Shown here piece by piece: positions 62,372 through 64,000 of a stretch of 64,000 bases of DNA (the stretch's first letter is position 1; the number at the start of each line of letters is the position of its first letter). The translations under genes and the position numbers were made by a program. Below the pieces are notes generated by a model that saw only the letters and a list, made by a program, of their open reading frames with translations, made no database searches and was not told where the DNA came from. Source of the DNA: Bacilli bacterium (GTDB lineage Bacteria > Bacillota_I > Bacilli_A > RF39 > UBA660); assembly GCA_017472015.1 (NCBI GenBank), contig JAFURC010000049.1:22220-86219 (forward strand). Reading direction: 5' to 3'.

Positions 62372-63094
62372 ATGAAAAAAATTGTACCTTTTACAAAAGA
62401 TTTAATGTTTAAAACCAAGATAGGGGAGATTACATCAATTGCTCTTGATAATACACTTACTTTAGATTTACAAAATGTATCTGGGGAATTTATTATTAGT
62501 GGAACTTATAAAATATTAGAAAGTAGTCAATTAGAAGAGGAGTTTAAATATAATATTCCAGTTGATATAACAATTGATTCTAAATATGAAACAAGTTCTT
62601 GTTCTATTAGTATTGATGATTTTTCTTATGAAATAATCAATGAAGAAAAATTAAAAGTTAATATAAGTGTTATGTTAGATGACTTGGATATTAAAGAAGA
62701 TAAAATCGAAAAAATAGAAGTAGTTTTACCAAATGAAGATTTAGAAAGAGAATTTAAGGGAGAAGAGGAAAATAGAGAAGATAGTGAATTTGAACTATTA
62801 GATAGTAGTATGGAAGAAGAATTGGAAAATTTAGTTTTAGAGAATAAAAAAATAGAGACTAAAAATCAAATGACATATCAAGAAAATAAACTTAATTTTC
62901 AAGAAAAATTATTAGAAAATGTGGAAAATGAAAAAGAATATTCAATTTATAGAGTATATACAGTTAAAGAAGATGATACACTAGATTTAATTTATGAAAA
63001 GTTTAATACAACTAAAGAAATATTAAGTGATTATAATGATCTTGATAATTTAGTAGTTGGTAGTAAAATAATTATTCCATCAGAAGATGAATAA
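62372..63094 (+). CDS. SpoVID-like sporulation protein with C-terminal LysM domain
   Basis: GGAGG RBS before ATG 62372; N-terminal VPFTKDLMFKTKIGEITSIALD; LysM YTVKEDDTLDLIYEKF...GSKIIIP. Confidence 0.5.
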   Translation: MKKIVPFTKDLMFKTKIGEITSIALDNTLTLDLQNVSGEFIISGTYKILESSQLEEEFKYNIPVDITIDSKYETSSCSISIDDFSYEIINEEKLKVNISVMLDDLDIKEDKIEKIEVVLPNEDLEREFKGEEENREDSEFELLDSSMEEELENLVLENKKIETKNQMTYQENKLNFQEKLLENVENEKEYSIYRVYTVKEDDTLDLIYEKFNTTKEILSDYNDLDNLVVGSKIIIPSEDE

Positions 63095-63980
63095 CTTAAA
63101 AAAAGCTTTAGATAATTTAAATTTAAAAATTAAATCTCTTAAATATATTAAAAATGCTTGTATAGTTGAAACCGATAAAGGCAAATTAGTTTATAAAGAA
63201 AATAGTAATAATTATGATATATATGAATATTTAAAAACAAGGGATTTTAATTATTTTCCAAGAACTTTAAATGATAAAAATGTTTCGTATGATTTATTAG
63301 AATTTGTTAATACTAATGATGTCCCCAAGGAACAAAAAATATCTGATTTAATCCATTTAAGTGGTATTTTACATAGAAAAACTTCTTTTAATAAAGAAAT
63401 TGATATGGATGAAGTTAAAGAAATATATGAAAATATTTTAAAAGAAGTTAATTTTTTAATGAATTATTATAGTGATTTAAATAATTATATTGATACGATT
63501 GTTTTTATGTCACCTAGTGAATATCTATTAGTTTCTAATATCGATGTAATTTATTATTTACTTAATTTTGTTAAAGTAGAAATTAATAATTGGTATAATT
63601 ATATTAAAAGTAAGAAAGTAATTCGTTATAGCATGATTCATAATAATTTAGATTTATCACATATTTTAGAATCAGATAGGAAATATTTAATTAGTTGGTC
63701 GAAATCAAAACTTGATATGCCAATAAATGATTTAATTAAATTATATCAAGATAATTATTATGATTTAGACTTAGAATATTTTATAAGAGAATATGAAATG
63801 GAAAATAAAATAGATGAATATGAATACTTATTTTTCTTAATAAAACTTGCAATTCCTAAGCGAATTGAGTTTACTAAAAATACATATGATGATTGTTATA
63901 AAATAAATGAATACCTAGTTTATCTTAAGAAAATTGCTTCATTAGTACAAAAATATGGACGAAAATACGAAAAAATTTGA
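63087..63980 (+). CDS. YsxE/CotS-family spore-coat kinase-like protein
   Basis: Follows the spoVID-like gene as in Bacillus; HNNLDLSHIL kinase-like motif. Confidence 0.45.
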   Translation: MNNLKKALDNLNLKIKSLKYIKNACIVETDKGKLVYKENSNNYDIYEYLKTRDFNYFPRTLNDKNVSYDLLEFVNTNDVPKEQKISDLIHLSGILHRKTSFNKEIDMDEVKEIYENILKEVNFLMNYYSDLNNYIDTIVFMSPSEYLLVSNIDVIYYLLNFVKVEINNWYNYIKSKKVIRYSMIHNNLDLSHILESDRKYLISWSKSKLDMPINDLIKLYQDNYYDLDLEYFIREYEMENKIDEYEYLFFLIKLAIPKRIEFTKNTYDDCYKINEYLVYLKKIASLVQKYGRKYEKI

Positions 63981-64000
63981 CTTTTCTAACTTATAATAGT

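Noticed and set aside
1-64000. DGR template repeat and reverse transcriptase
   Set aside because: I looked for a second copy of the 3881-3990 sequence and for RT motifs in all tracked ORFs and saw none. The DGR idea therefore rests on the VR-like signature and accessory-like ORFs only.
1-64000. Alternative genetic code (UGA read as Trp) suggested by the Mollicutes-like AT-richness
   Set aside because: TGA terminates many full-length conserved or coupled genes (for example ATGA junctions at 11999-12002 and 15956-15959). No conserved protein needs an in-frame TGA to be read through.

Overview
Very AT-rich chromosome segment (roughly 28-30% G+C by eye) that uses the standard genetic code, since TGA ends many conserved genes. 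The host looks like a spore-forming Firmicute (Erysipelotrichia/Clostridia-like): SpoVID/YsxE-like genes, ymcA after miaB, and a ComGC-type pilin are present. Left arm (1-19.1 kb): the tail of a trypsin-like protease, two large secreted/surface proteins, then housekeeping genes (ffh, sufC, a SufB/D-like gene, sufS, sufU, an LbH transferase, glmM, a degenerate-GGDEF membrane sensor, a YihY-like gene, miaB, ymcA). Centre (19185-54546): a ~35.4-kb siphovirus-type temperate prophage in the 3' end of tRNA-Arg(CCU), bounded by a 19-bp direct repeat. Its layout is int, lysogeny cargo, a cI/cro switch, a DnaD-like/SSAP/SSB/NinB early region, a run of tiny translationally coupled ORFs, a sigma-like late regulator, phage tRNA-Gln(UUG), HNH, terS/terL, portal, MuF, scaffold/capsid, tail genes, holins, an M23+SH3 lysin, and a post-lysis cargo island. 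Right arm (54.5-64 kb): an HExxH membrane protein, DUF362, galU, an SDR, a deoxyinosine glycosylase, a pilin, yceD-rpmF, an NMNAT-like gene and spoVID/ysxE-like genes. Five leads stand out. (1) An A-depleted, NNC-codon-rich ~110-bp patch at the 3' end of secreted-protein gene 2030..4063, followed by MutS-domain-I-like and truncated Avd-like ORFs; this looks like an orphan or decayed diversity-generating retroelement, with no TR or RT in the window. (2) Three phased perfect Spo0A (0A) boxes on an extended -10 promoter that drives an untracked 52-codon ORF at the prophage right end. (3) A stand-alone PBECR-like nuclease gene in the lysogeny module with its own promoter, an operator-like motif, a structured leader and a pre-RBS terminator, next to a Zn-ribbon protein. 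(4) A MuF head protein with a JAB/RadC-like C-terminal extension and an overlapping small ORF, a polymorphic toxin/immunity-like layout. (5) A promoter- and terminator-bounded ~85-nt RNA candidate divergent from int. All functional calls rest on motif recognition and gene context only; no database search was possible.
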